Part shown: one piece after another, positions 1-9,433 of the stretch
Layout: each line of letters opens with the position of its first letter
Numbering within the stretch: position 1 is the first letter of the stretch
Assembly (NCBI GenBank): GCA_965197475.1
Contig: CBDANF010000003.1
Span: forward strand, 736,001-800,000
Source of the DNA: Candidatus Poribacteria bacterium
GTDB taxonomy: Bacteria; Poribacteria; WGA-4E; WGA-3G
Length of the DNA: 64,000 nt
Direction of reading: 5' to 3'
The notes under the pieces: generated by a model
Told to the model about the DNA's origin: nothing
What the model saw: the letters and a program-made list of their open reading frames with translations, nothing else
Databases searched by the model: none
Program-made: the position numbers and the translations under genes

Positions 1-15
1 ATCGCAGGAGAAAAA

Positions 16-1014
16 ATGAAATCTGTTACATTCCACGGAATTGTCGCTGCAAGGCAAATCATAAATCAGTTTTTACAACCAACACCCTTGAGATACTATC
101 ATGAATTATCAGAAAAACTCGGATTTGAAGTCTATATAAAACATGAAAACCATCTACCGACAAGAAGTTTTAAGGTGCGCGGCGGCATTAATTTTATGCA
201 TAATCTGCCTGCTGATCAGAAAAAACAAGGGGTTCTTACAGCAACACGCGGCAATCACGGACAATCTATTGCTTATGCGGCGGCACAGTTTGGTGTAAAA
301 GCAACAATCGTTGTGCCGCGTGGAAACAACCGAGAAAAAAACAGTGCGATGCGCGTATTCGGTGCTGAACTGATTGAACACGGAAAAGATTTTGATGAGG
401 CACTCGAATTATGTGACACCCTTCAAGCGGAACGGGGTCTATATTACATTCACCCGTGCATGGAACCAGCTCTCGTCCACGGTGTAGGCACTTATTCCCT
501 TGAGATTTTTGAGAACCTTCCTAATGTACATACAATTATAGTTCCTATAGGTGGTGGTAGCGGTGTTTGTGGGGCGATCACCGTCGCGAAAGCGATTAAT
601 CCGAATGTTAAGATCATCGGGGTTCAAGCAGAGAACGCACCAGCGGTGTACCGTTCATGGAAAGCAGGAAAGCATGTAGAGACCGACTCTTGTAATACAG
701 TCGCAGACGGTCTTGCGACGCGTGTACCGTTCCCGATTCCGTTCTCTATCATTAAAAACGGTATAGACGACATCGTGTTGGTTAGCGAGGAGGAACTCCA
801 CGAAGCGATTCGATCAGCATTGCGATACACACACAATTTAGCTGAGGGAGCAGGTGCCGCGGCACTTGCGGCGGCGTTTAAACTGTCTGACACGTTGGCA
901 GGGCAGAACGTGGCAATTGTAATGAGCGGCGGCAATTTGGATATGGAGACTCTTAAGGAAGTCCTAATCGTACCAGTTGTGAATCACGTAAACAGGGGCG
1001 GATTCTTCAATTAA
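16..1014 (+). CDS. PLP-dependent threonine/serine dehydratase (no ACT domain)
   Basis: KHENHLPTRSFKVRG PLP-lysine motif, ATRGNHG, VPIGGGSG, SGGN; 3' end overlaps the convergent gene by 51 bp. Confidence 0.9.
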   Translation: MKSVTFHGIVAARQIINQFLQPTPLRYYHELSEKLGFEVYIKHENHLPTRSFKVRGGINFMHNLPADQKKQGVLTATRGNHGQSIAYAAAQFGVKATIVVPRGNNREKNSAMRVFGAELIEHGKDFDEALELCDTLQAERGLYYIHPCMEPALVHGVGTYSLEIFENLPNVHTIIVPIGGGSGVCGAITVAKAINPNVKIIGVQAENAPAVYRSWKAGKHVETDSCNTVADGLATRVPFPIPFSIIKNGIDDIVLVSEEELHEAIRSALRYTHNLAEGAGAAALAAAFKLSDTLAGQNVAIVMSGGNLDMETLKEVLIVPVVNHVNRGGFFN

Positions 1015-1686
1015 TTGGAGTTCCGCCCATTCCGCTGCTTCAACAAATTCGTTCCGCAGCGCATTTGTTAAGTCTGGATGAATATGTAAAGATGCCAAGT
1101 TCCAACGCAGGTTTTGACTGTTTTCTACAAGGACGTTGGCTTCTTCCGCTATGAGGGAGACACGCTGCAAACCGCTGTTTTTTCGGGTTAACCTTAATTT
1201 TGATAATACATAGTGGATCGTTTGTTGCGGGTCTCGCATTTCGGCTTTGTAGTCGGAGTGCTTATCGTTCACGAGATAATGACTGAACCGCATCAGTTTT
1301 AGATTTCCGAGAAACTGATCGGTCTCATATTCTTCAGGACGTGGTAACCCGCCATACAGGATAAGATGTCGGCAGTTATAGGTATCTAACGCGTACTTGA
1401 CAGCTAACTGTCCGTCTGTGTAATCCTTACCTATTTGTCCTATCCATTTCTCAACGATATGTTTCGCTTTAGTTGTGCTTCCTTCGATTGAATCCATATC
1501 CCCAATAAGGACATCTGGCGTAAGGAGCTTGTCCTTGCCAAGATTTAATTCGTCAAATATTCGGATACCTCCATCGGCACAGATAAGAGGGTAACCTTTT
1601 TTTACCGCAAATCCGATTTCTTGCTGGTAAAAGTCCAGATGACGTGTGTCGTAGTATCCGTTAAGGAAGATCAGAGTTGTTTTCAT
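964..1686 (-). CDS. Thiamine pyrophosphokinase-like protein
   Basis: IFLNG, ICADGG, PDVLIGDMDS and KDYTDGQLA match the TPK catalytic domain; C-terminal NLRWNL..ALRNEF resembles the thiamine-binding domain. Confidence 0.75.
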   Translation of the reverse strand: MKTTLIFLNGYYDTRHLDFYQQEIGFAVKKGYPLICADGGIRIFDELNLGKDKLLTPDVLIGDMDSIEGSTTKAKHIVEKWIGQIGKDYTDGQLAVKYALDTYNCRHLILYGGLPRPEEYETDQFLGNLKLMRFSHYLVNDKHSDYKAEMRDPQQTIHYVLSKLRLTRKNSGLQRVSLIAEEANVLVENSQNLRWNLASLHIHPDLTNALRNEFVEAAEWAELQLIEESAPVYVIHNWYD

Positions 1687-2587
1687 AAATATTGTATGAT
1701 GGTATCAATTGCGTAGGATGATAGGAGCGTTTAACGCGTTTTAAATTCTCTAATCCTGAATCATCCATAGCGTTTATCCACTTGTAGTTACCCATCAACT
1801 CCATGCAAAATTCTCGGTAAATAAACTGAGCCAGTCCTTTTATAGATAGGTCAGATATTTCAAACAGCACACAAAACGTCTCACTGTTCAATTCGTATCC
1901 GAAAGTATAAGCGCGTATCTCTCCTTTGATACGGACAACCCTACCAACGAGTCCTAATTCCTCCGCATGTGTTATTCCAATCCGATGTGCTGATTTTGAG
2001 TCATCAAGCATCGCTTGATAGATTGCGTCACCATATTTTTCCGAACGTGACATTCGCCATGTCCCATAGAGATTCAAACATGCATCTCTATCAGTCGGTT
2101 GATACGGATCGCATGTTATCGAAGGGAATTGTTTTATAAAAACATTGTAAGCATGCCGTTGCTGTTTGTAACGATCCCCTCGCAACTCACTTAAATCTTC
2201 TATCCTGTAGACATATTCAGTCTCTTTTTGGATGGCATGAAAACCCTGATTTTTAATAGTTGGGAGAAGCTCCTGTGGAACATTCTCAAAACGTGCAATC
2301 TGAGGATTCCGATTTGATTCCAACATAAATTGATACGCATCGCGAACCACATTTAAATAGGCAGGATCCCCGACAGCACAAGGTATCGGCAGAATTGGCA
2401 TAAAATAGTCCTCACCCTGTTTAGCAAAAACACAGAGGTGGTCATGCAGCAGTGTCCAATAAAACTGAAAATGATTTCGCCACACATAAATCGGTGCGAA
2501 CGCATAACTGGATAGGTGAGTGTGCATTTGAGACGCATACACCTCAAAAATGGATTTATCATCAAGGGTTAGGGGATGGAGTTGCAT
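1661..2587 (-). CDS. DUF2156 / MprF C-terminal-like (FemAB/GNAT-fold) protein, soluble
   Basis: EYVY..EDLSELRGDRYKQQRH and WINAMDDSGLENLKRVKRSYHP typical of DUF2156; no transmembrane segments. Confidence 0.8.
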   Translation of the reverse strand: MQLHPLTLDDKSIFEVYASQMHTHLSSYAFAPIYVWRNHFQFYWTLLHDHLCVFAKQGEDYFMPILPIPCAVGDPAYLNVVRDAYQFMLESNRNPQIARFENVPQELLPTIKNQGFHAIQKETEYVYRIEDLSELRGDRYKQQRHAYNVFIKQFPSITCDPYQPTDRDACLNLYGTWRMSRSEKYGDAIYQAMLDDSKSAHRIGITHAEELGLVGRVVRIKGEIRAYTFGYELNSETFCVLFEISDLSIKGLAQFIYREFCMELMGNYKWINAMDDSGLENLKRVKRSYHPTQLIPSYNIYENNSDLP

Positions 2588-3131
2588 GTGTCACATTTTG
2601 ATTGAGCATATAGAAAACCTTTACCGTGTCTTGATAATCGCCTATGAGGCTCCAGTTCTCGGCAATCTGTTTTCTAACTGCTTCTGATTCAACGTAATCA
2701 ATAACGTGCTGCACATGTAACTGAAATGCCTCGGTGTTCAGATGTGCTTCACCAAACGGGCAGAGCATATCCACCCCCAAAACAACACGGCTCCTGTCCT
2801 CATTGAACATAAGAGCAAACGGATAGAGTTGACAGTCAAGTGGACGATTTGCGTAGATAGTACATCTACTCGTTTCCGGTTCAAAGAAAGGGCAAATGTA
2901 AAAATCTTGATACGGTTTTAACCGAATTTGTGTGCTTTTTCCGTCTGCTTGAGGTTGGAATAGAGTGGGGTCTGTACCTTGAGAGATCGCCTGTTGTTTC
3001 TCATTTTCGGTAAAAATAGGCGCGAGCGGACTGTCCGCCTCCAAAAATCGGCAGCACACATCACACGAGAAGCATACTTCACTCGGAATGATTTGGTAGA
3101 GTTTAGGGTTCAACATGCTGTGTTTTTCCAT
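2562..3131 (-). CDS. YkgJ-family Cys-cluster (CxxCxxCC) protein
   Basis: CFSCDVCC, CPFF, CTIYANRPLDCQLYPF. Confidence 0.85.
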   Translation of the reverse strand: MEKHSMLNPKLYQIIPSEVCFSCDVCCRFLEADSPLAPIFTENEKQQAISQGTDPTLFQPQADGKSTQIRLKPYQDFYICPFFEPETSRCTIYANRPLDCQLYPFALMFNEDRSRVVLGVDMLCPFGEAHLNTEAFQLHVQHVIDYVESEAVRKQIAENWSLIGDYQDTVKVFYMLNQNVTHATPSPNP

Positions 3132-3164
3132 ATCTCAACAAGAATAACACATCAATCTGTCACA

Positions 3165-4310
3165 TTATGATTTGAGTACACTTCTGATAGCATCAACCAC
3201 AAGATGCACATCCGATTCAGTCAGCCCTGGATGGAGCGGCAGACTCACGACACGTTCAAAAACTTCCTCAGCATGCGGAAAATCACCGACACTGTAGCCG
3301 TACTGCTTCTGATAGAAATTGAAAAGGTGTAGCGGAATATAGTGGACACTACATTCAATATTTTCTTCGCGCAAGGCTTCAACAAATTCATCACGGTCGC
3401 CAGTGTGCAGTTGAATGATGTAAAGATGCCAAGCATGCTCTGAAGAATCATCTGGTACAAACGGGATGCTGATTTGAGAAACTTTAGCCAATTCTGTTTG
3501 ATAGATATGCGCAAAATTCTGACGACGTTCATGCTGTTTGTTAAGTTTCATTAACTGGCACAATCCCATCGCTGCCTGAATATCTGTCATGTTGTATTTA
3601 TAGCCTTCAGTTGTAATATCATATCTCCAAATGCTACGTCGAGACTGCCGTGCCCATGCGTCTTTGTCAATACCGTGGAGCCGCATTGTTCGGAGTGGTT
3701 CGGCGAGTGCGTCGTCATTAGTGGTTATCATTCCGCCTTCCCCCGTAGTTATATTTTTATTTGCATAAAAACTGAAGGCAGAAAGATCGCCAAGGGTTCC
3801 GATGTATTGCCCCTTATATTCAGTGGGAATAGCGTGTGCTGCATCGTCTATAAGCACGAGATTATAGGTTTGACATATCTCCCGCAATGCATCCATATCA
3901 CACGCAAGACCAGCGATGTGGACAGGCATTATCGCTTTAGTGCACGGGGTTATCGCCTGCTCAATTTTGGTGACATCAATGTTCAATGTTTCGGGATCAA
4001 TGTCTACGAAAACAGGTTTTGCACCGACATATCGGATTGCTTCGGCAGTAGCAGTAAAGGTATAGGGTGTTGTGATGACTTCGTCCCCGACACCGATACC
4101 GGTAACAACAAGGCTAAGATGTAATGCTGCGGTGCAAGAACTCACTGCGATTGCGTGTTGGACACCGAGATATTCGGCAAAAGCACGTTCAAACTCACGC
4201 ACTCTTGCACCAGTACTAATCCATTTAGAAGCAAGCACTTGGCTAACGGCTTCAATTTCAGTTTCGTCAATCCACGGACGACTAAAAGGTATAAACGGCT
4301 TTTGTTCCAC
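3165..4310 (-). CDS. DegT/DnrJ/EryC1/StrS sugar aminotransferase
   Basis: AVSSCTAALHL, IDDAAHA, FSFYANKNITTGEGG, LSLPLHP. Confidence 0.95.
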   Translation of the reverse strand: MEQKPFIPFSRPWIDETEIEAVSQVLASKWISTGARVREFERAFAEYLGVQHAIAVSSCTAALHLSLVVTGIGVGDEVITTPYTFTATAEAIRYVGAKPVFVDIDPETLNIDVTKIEQAITPCTKAIMPVHIAGLACDMDALREICQTYNLVLIDDAAHAIPTEYKGQYIGTLGDLSAFSFYANKNITTGEGGMITTNDDALAEPLRTMRLHGIDKDAWARQSRRSIWRYDITTEGYKYNMTDIQAAMGLCQLMKLNKQHERRQNFAHIYQTELAKVSQISIPFVPDDSSEHAWHLYIIQLHTGDRDEFVEALREENIECSVHYIPLHLFNFYQKQYGYSVGDFPHAEEVFERVVSLPLHPGLTESDVHLVVDAIRSVLKS

Positions 4311-4326
4311 AAGTGATTCCTTTCAA

Positions 4327-4791
4327 TCATTTATCTAAATTTTCGGTTTCTTTCGGACCAAGAATATGAATCATCGCCTCAAGGGCAAGGATATAACTAT
4401 ACGCACCAAAACCCCCAATGACACCTACCGAAACGCCTGATATATACGAATGATGTCGAAATTCCTCGCGCGCATAAATATTAGAGAGGTGAATTTCAAT
4501 AACAGGCAATGCGACAGTAGAGAGGGCATCACGGATCGCAATGCTGGTATGTGTATAAGCAGCAGGATTAATTAGAATGCCATCTGCCCAGTCAATGTGA
4601 TCTCCGATAATGGAAACAAGTTCACCTTCATGGTTAGATTGCAAGATTTTTAGCGTAACATCGTGAGGCGATGCTGCTACAAACTGATCAAGTGCAGTAT
4701 TGATATCCTTCAATGTTTGGTGTCCGTAAATCTCCGGTTGTCGTTTACCTAAGAGATGTAGATTCGGACCGTGGAGGACGAGGATATTCAT
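4327..4791 (-). CDS. aroQ: Type II 3-dehydroquinate dehydratase
   Basis: LHGPNLHLLGKRQPEIYG, INPAAYTHTS, EIHLSNIYAREEFRH. Confidence 0.97.
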   Translation of the reverse strand: MNILVLHGPNLHLLGKRQPEIYGHQTLKDINTALDQFVAASPHDVTLKILQSNHEGELVSIIGDHIDWADGILINPAAYTHTSIAIRDALSTVALPVIEIHLSNIYAREEFRHHSYISGVSVGVIGGFGAYSYILALEAMIHILGPKETENLDK

Positions 4792-4810
4792 ATAACGACT
4801 TCCTTATATA

Positions 4811-4961
4811 CAGGACTTACGCATTCCCCCTTGATAAGGGGGTTAGGGGGTTAAATAGGCAGAATTTGGTGCTTTTATCTCCCCGGACGCTATCGCTATG
4901 GGGCCCCGCCCCCTAAATCCCCCTTATCAGTGGGACTTTTAAACACATTGCGTAAGTCCTG
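4811..4961. mobile_element. MITE family A (TIR CAGGACTTACGCA), copy 1
   Basis: Perfect 13-bp TIR, internal CCCCCTTGATAAGGGGG / CCCCCTTATCA palindromes, ATATA duplicated on both flanks. Confidence 0.85.
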
Positions 4962-5064
4962 ATATATTTGAATCTTCTGACAATAGTATTGATTTATATC
5001 TAATGTTTAATTTGTGATTGCATTATATTAGAGATACGGTTTGAAATCAACAGAATTTTAATTA

Positions 5065-5198
5065 TGGTGAAATCTATAATTAATGAGACACTAATTCTGT
5101 CCGAGCGATCTCCGAATCGCGACCAACCGCTTTGATAGTCGGGAATCGGAGTTCCCTCCTACAGATCAATGATGTCTAATTAATTCTAAAATCTACCA
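5065..5198. repeat. MITE-like element with internal REP hairpin (GGGAATCGGAGTTCCCTCCTAC)
   Basis: Imperfect TIR TGGTGAAATCTATAATTAAT / ATTAATTCTAAAATCTACCA, flanked by TTA and TAA. Confidence 0.55.
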
Positions 5199-5278
5199 TA
5201 ATGTTTGGTTTGTGTGTTGCCTCAATGTTTCGTAGAACGGTTGCCTTCACTGTCAAACTGATGTCGCTTATTGCATGA

Positions 5279-5319
5279 AAAATAACCTACACGTTTTACA
5301 TTTACATGTAGGTTATTTT
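5279..5319. terminator. Probable bidirectional intrinsic terminator
   Basis: AAAATAACCTACA...TGTAGGTTATTTT inverted repeat just downstream of the 5340..6488 gene. Confidence 0.55.
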
Positions 5320-5339
5320 GTATATCTCCTATTCTAAGG

Positions 5340-6488
5340 TTATTGCTTTGTAAGCCATTCCTTAGCCCATTTGAGGCGGTTAGGTGCGATGATTTTTCCT
5401 CTTTTATTTTCCCATCGACCTATACTCCAGTAGTAGGCGCAGGTCTCCGCCGCGTTTTCATGAAGTTTGGAGGAAAAATACTCAGACCAGTCAAAACCAT
5501 GCTTTCCATGCTCTTCCCAGTCTTTATCTCTCGCTTCTTTGTATGCTTTTCCCTCATCTGTCTCTTCCCAGTTGTGTGTAGTAGCATCTTGCCAATTACC
5601 ATCAATAGCGACGAGAGCGGCTTGGTGGGCATGGGCGATTTCGTGAGCCAGGGTTGACAGAGCTGAATTTGCTGCCCGTGGACCACGAACGGCGAGATCA
5701 CTATCTACTGCAGCTATTCCGTTACCATAACCTCCGAAAATACTTTCATCAAATGATGCCTGAATATACAGCAGGTCATATGGTAACAGTGTTTGCTGTA
5801 GAATGAACCGTACTTTTTCCGGCCACACTTGACCCATCAGTATGTTGCCAGGAGTTTGTTGTGGATCTCTTTCGTAATTTGGAGTAATGCCACCCGGTAG
5901 AGAAGTTGGGCGTGATCTGTGCACTATGACTTCTTTCGTCTCCATGTGCTCTTTCTCAACACGAAGATGCAGCTCATCCCCATCAACGTTTGAGAAGATG
6001 TACTGACCATCTTCATGGGTGGTAGTGGTTTCCCCTGATCTTGGTCCTGATACAATAGTCACAGTAACACCAGATAGGGGGTATGCATAGTAGCGTCTGA
6101 GAGCACGTATAAAATTCTCAGTTTCTACTTTTGGATAAACTTTCGGAATAAAAACACATCCAACAAAGTCTGTTTCATTTTGTGCTAATTCTTCTTTTGT
6201 GTGTTCCGATGCTAACTTGTCACTTGTTCCATCACCATGTGTGAAAAAAACGAAGTGTTCTTCAGGAATTTCTGGCTCAGGCTCAGGCGTTACCGGTTCT
6301 TCCGGCTTTTTCATCTCACCCATCATGCCTGAATCTATCGGTGGTTTTTCTTCTGGCGGTTCAGGTTCTGTGGGTTCCTTAACGGTATGGTTTTCCACAA
6401 CTGGTCCCACCATATCCATTCCTTCATCACATCCACCTATGAATGCCACTATCATTAGTACACTCAAAAACAATGCAAAAACCTTCAT
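5340..6488 (-). CDS. Lipoprotein with Pro/Glu linker, carboxypeptidase-regulatory-like domain and HExxH zinc-peptidase domain
   Basis: Lipobox-like IGGC, PEPEP-rich linker, PLSGVTVTIVSGPRSGE, LAHEIAHAHQ and downstream ENAAE. Confidence 0.65.
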   Translation of the reverse strand: MKVFALFLSVLMIVAFIGGCDEGMDMVGPVVENHTVKEPTEPEPPEEKPPIDSGMMGEMKKPEEPVTPEPEPEIPEEHFVFFTHGDGTSDKLASEHTKEELAQNETDFVGCVFIPKVYPKVETENFIRALRRYYAYPLSGVTVTIVSGPRSGETTTTHEDGQYIFSNVDGDELHLRVEKEHMETKEVIVHRSRPTSLPGGITPNYERDPQQTPGNILMGQVWPEKVRFILQQTLLPYDLLYIQASFDESIFGGYGNGIAAVDSDLAVRGPRAANSALSTLAHEIAHAHQAALVAIDGNWQDATTHNWEETDEGKAYKEARDKDWEEHGKHGFDWSEYFSSKLHENAAETCAYYWSIGRWENKRGKIIAPNRLKWAKEWLTKQ

Positions 6489-6512
6489 TTTTGCAACCTC
6501 CTTGTAATTCTT

Positions 6513-6697
6513 TAGATATTATAACAATTTATAAAATACTGTTTTAGCAGTGTCTCATCAATAGGTTTTACTACGTTTCGCATAATGCTATCTTTAACAT
6601 CAGCTGCCGCTTTTCTCTCAGCTGCCATATCGTTCCAATACGAGAACACGTACGCTACGGCAAACACGATCAAGAAGGCAACGACACCGAGAAATAC
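6513..6697 (-). pseudogene. Start-less membrane-protein gene remnant
   Basis: Open frame VFLGVVAFLIVFAVAYVFSYWNDMAAERKAAAD...NI* preceded by a stop, next to a MITE cluster. Confidence 0.35.
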
Positions 6698-6727
6698 TTA
6701 TTTGTAAGAAAATCACGATGTATCTTA

Positions 6728-6947
6728 TACCAAACAGGACTTACGCATTCCCCCTTGATAAGGGGGTTAGGGGGGTTAAAAAGTCGCTGTTTCAGTGATT
6801 TAACCCCCTAAATCCCCCTTATCAGAGGGACTTTAAGAAAAAATGCGTAAGTCCTGACCAAATTAACCTGATTTGTCGCGCGAGGTCTCTGGGTTCTCCT
6901 CGCAATGCTGCCTTTATCAGAAAAATAATAATCACGTTAATTTGGTA
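6728..6947. mobile_element. MITE family B (TIR TACCAAATTAAC) interrupted by a family A copy
   Basis: TACCAAA[family A]ACCAAATTAAC ... GTTAATTTGGTA; interior resembles the copies at 53131 and 55365. Confidence 0.8.
6735..6856. mobile_element. MITE family A, copy 2 (nested)
   Basis: CAGGACTTACGCA...TGCGTAAGTCCTG flanked by a 6-bp ACCAAA duplication. Confidence 0.9.
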
Positions 6948-6950
6948 TAA

Positions 6951-7107
6951 TAACCCAAGTTGCCACCTTTGTAGCATAATCTGTTAGATTGTGCCTATAA
7001 GTGCGCAAACTGACATTGGACGCTACAAAACTTTCGCAAATAATGCACTATTTTTGATTAAAACAGTGTCTACATGTCTAAAATCTTATAGGTAGCAACT
7101 TGGGTTA
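6951..7107. mobile_element. MITE family C (TIR TAACCCAAGTTGC)
   Basis: TAACCCAAGTTGCCACCT ... AGGTAGCAACTTGGGTTA with TAA on both flanks; internal GTAGC..GCTAC REP doublet. Confidence 0.8.
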
Positions 7108-7300
7108 TAATATAGCATTGCTCCGCAGAATTAATCTTATTAAGCCCAATATTATATTTTTTATATTTCTATATTATTAGACTTAATAAGATTAATTTTA
7201 CCATATTAAGCAGATAAAGCAAGCAAAAAATGAAATTTAATGTAATTTGGGGGAAATATAGTTGAAATTTGAGGGAATTTAGACTATTTTTTTGCAAATA

Positions 7301-7433
7301 TAGCGAAACCAAAAATTACTGATACACTGTGTTAGGTTCGGTTTCCTAACCGAACCGTGTTTATCCAGGCTCCAGATGCGGTTAGGAAACCGCATCTACC
7401 AGAGTAGTGTTCATATATTCTTAGGTTTTACTA
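7301..7433. repeat. MITE-like family D with REP doublet (GGTTCGGTTTCCTAACCGAACC / GCGGTTAGGAAACCGCATCTAC)
   Basis: TAGCGAAACC...GGTTTTACTA ends; right end TAGTGTTCA...GGTTTTACTA is shared with 14444..14549. Confidence 0.65.
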
Positions 7434-7522
7434 AAAATCAGTTAGAAATCATCAACCGAATCATCAACCTGTCTAAACCCTTATGTATTGTAGGTTTTTA
7501 GTATAATCATCAACTAAATTCG

Positions 7523-8569
7523 TTAGAAATCATCAACCAGTACATAATAGGTTCCTCTCGCTTTACCCTTTTTATTTAACAACCCACTTTGTACCAATGT
7601 CAACAATTCTTTATGAGCCGTTGCATGTGAAAGATCGGCAAGTTGCTGTAATTCCCGATTGGTAATTCGTCCATGCTTTTCGATATAGGCGAGAATAGCC
7701 AGCTGTCGTTCTGAAAGTGCCACTTGTCCAATTTTATCTCGTAAAGCTCTATCCCTGCTGTGGGTCAAGACCAATTCTTTAATCTTCTGCATTTCAGCTG
7801 CAATGCCAGCAGTAAAATACGCCAACCATGTTGTCAGTACGCCTGTTATCCGGACACTCTGCAAAGCTTCATAATAACCAGCTGGGTTCACATCGTAATA
7901 TTCTTCAAGAGAAAAGAGTTTTTTGATGTCGTAACCTGCATGGTAAAGAATGAGATTTGCAAGTGCGCGTGCTGTTCTTCCGTTACCATCAAGAAATGGA
8001 TGAATATCAACTAACTGGTAGTGAGCGATGCCTGCCTTAAGTAACGGGGATAGTTGATTTGCTTCGTCTGAACGCAACCAATCAACCAATTCAAGCATCA
8101 GAATCGGTACTTCAGAAGCAGGAGGAGGTGTGTAGATGACCTCTTTAGTTTTGTTGTTTACGACATAATTCTGGATTTTGCGAAATTCACCCGGTTCATA
8201 ACCTCCCTCAATCCCACCAAGTGTCAAGTAATGTATATGCCGAATCGTGCGGAGATCGAGTTCCATGTTAGGATCGCCATAAACTTCATCTATGAAGGCA
8301 GCGACTTTCAAATAATTGCGAACCTCTTGTATGTCTCGCTCTCGTGCTACAACGGTCTTGTCATCAATGAGGTCTCGAACCTGTTGTATAGTGAGTTGAG
8401 TCCCTTCAATCCGAGTAGTGTGATGTGCTTGACGGACTAACGCTTCCTTTTGAAGACGTGACTGCCAAACGGGAAGGATGGAAGAGTTTTCAATTACCTC
8501 TTTCGCACCTTCAATGTTCATCAGGTCTCTAACAATACTGTGTGTATATTCGAATTTAGGTGTAAACAT
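7523..8569 (-). CDS. Fic-family protein with C-terminal winged HTH
   Basis: Intact HPFLDGNGRTAR motif; TTRIEGT; C-terminal LSERQ..GRITNRE..LV..GLL.KKGKARGTYY. Confidence 0.93.
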   Translation of the reverse strand: MFTPKFEYTHSIVRDLMNIEGAKEVIENSSILPVWQSRLQKEALVRQAHHTTRIEGTQLTIQQVRDLIDDKTVVARERDIQEVRNYLKVAAFIDEVYGDPNMELDLRTIRHIHYLTLGGIEGGYEPGEFRKIQNYVVNNKTKEVIYTPPPASEVPILMLELVDWLRSDEANQLSPLLKAGIAHYQLVDIHPFLDGNGRTARALANLILYHAGYDIKKLFSLEEYYDVNPAGYYEALQSVRITGVLTTWLAYFTAGIAAEMQKIKELVLTHSRDRALRDKIGQVALSERQLAILAYIEKHGRITNRELQQLADLSHATAHKELLTLVQSGLLNKKGKARGTYYVLVDDF

Positions 8570-8578
8570 AATGTGACC

Positions 8579-9433
8579 TCAATCTATTTGTGGGTCAAGC
8601 GCGTCTCGCAGCGCATCTCCAAGTAAGTTGAAACCTAAGACGATGAGAAAGATTGCCATGCCGGGAGCAGTAACAGCCAACGGTGCTTTGCGAATATACT
8701 TTGTATTTTCATTCAACATTGCCCCCCATTCAGGCACACCAACCTCCGCACCGAGTCCGAGAAAACTGAGTCCAGCAGCATCTAAAATCGCAGCACCGAT
8801 ACCCAAAGTGGCTTGGACAATCAACGGGGCAAGACAGTTCGGTAGAACGGTCGTAACCAGAATCCGGATGTCGCTTGCGCCAATAACTTTCGCTGCGGTA
8901 ACGTAATCTAACTCGCGCACCTTGAGAACGGAGGCGCGTAAAATCCGCGCATACTGTGGAATATAGACAATAGAAACAGCGATAATTGCATTGGTAAGAC
9001 TCTGCCCCAAAATAGTGACAATGACCATCGCGAGAAGAATACTCGGCATGGCAAGTAACATATCCATCACACGCATGAGCAAGTTGTCTAACCATCCACC
9101 AAAATAGCCGGCGATTGCGCCGAACAGGGTGCCGAGTCCAAGCGAAAAGGTGATCGCGATAAAACCGACTTTCAGAGAGATACGGGAACCGTAAACGACT
9201 CGACTAAACACATCACGTCCGGTGCCATCTGTGCCAAGGTGGTACTCACTAGACCTGCCTTTGAGACGTTTCGCGATATCAGTTCTCATCGGATCGTGCG
9301 TTGCTAAAAGCGGCGCGAAGATTGCTACGATAATGAAAAAGAGGATAATTGATGCACCGATAGTAGCAGAGCGGTGTCGCAAGAGTTTTCTAAAGACGTG
9401 GTGTTGACCAGTTGATGCTGAAGGCGTGTTCAT
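8579..9433 (-). CDS. dppC: Peptide/nickel ABC transporter permease (DppC-like)
   Basis: HLGTDGTGRDVFSR, DYVTAAKVIGA, FNLLGDALRDALDP. Confidence 0.9.
   Translation of the reverse strand: MNTPSASTGQHHVFRKLLRHRSATIGASIILFFIIVAIFAPLLATHDPMRTDIAKRLKGRSSEYHLGTDGTGRDVFSRVVYGSRISLKVGFIAITFSLGLGTLFGAIAGYFGGWLDNLLMRVMDMLLAMPSILLAMVIVTILGQSLTNAIIAVSIVYIPQYARILRASVLKVRELDYVTAAKVIGASDIRILVTTVLPNCLAPLIVQATLGIGAAILDAAGLSFLGLGAEVGVPEWGAMLNENTKYIRKAPLAVTAPGMAIFLIVLGFNLLGDALRDALDPQID

Noticed and set aside
6575-6602. dif-like site (GTTTCGCATAA-TGCTAT-...)
   Set aside because: The left arm resembles a XerC arm, but there is no TTATGTTAAAT XerD arm in the right position and orientation.
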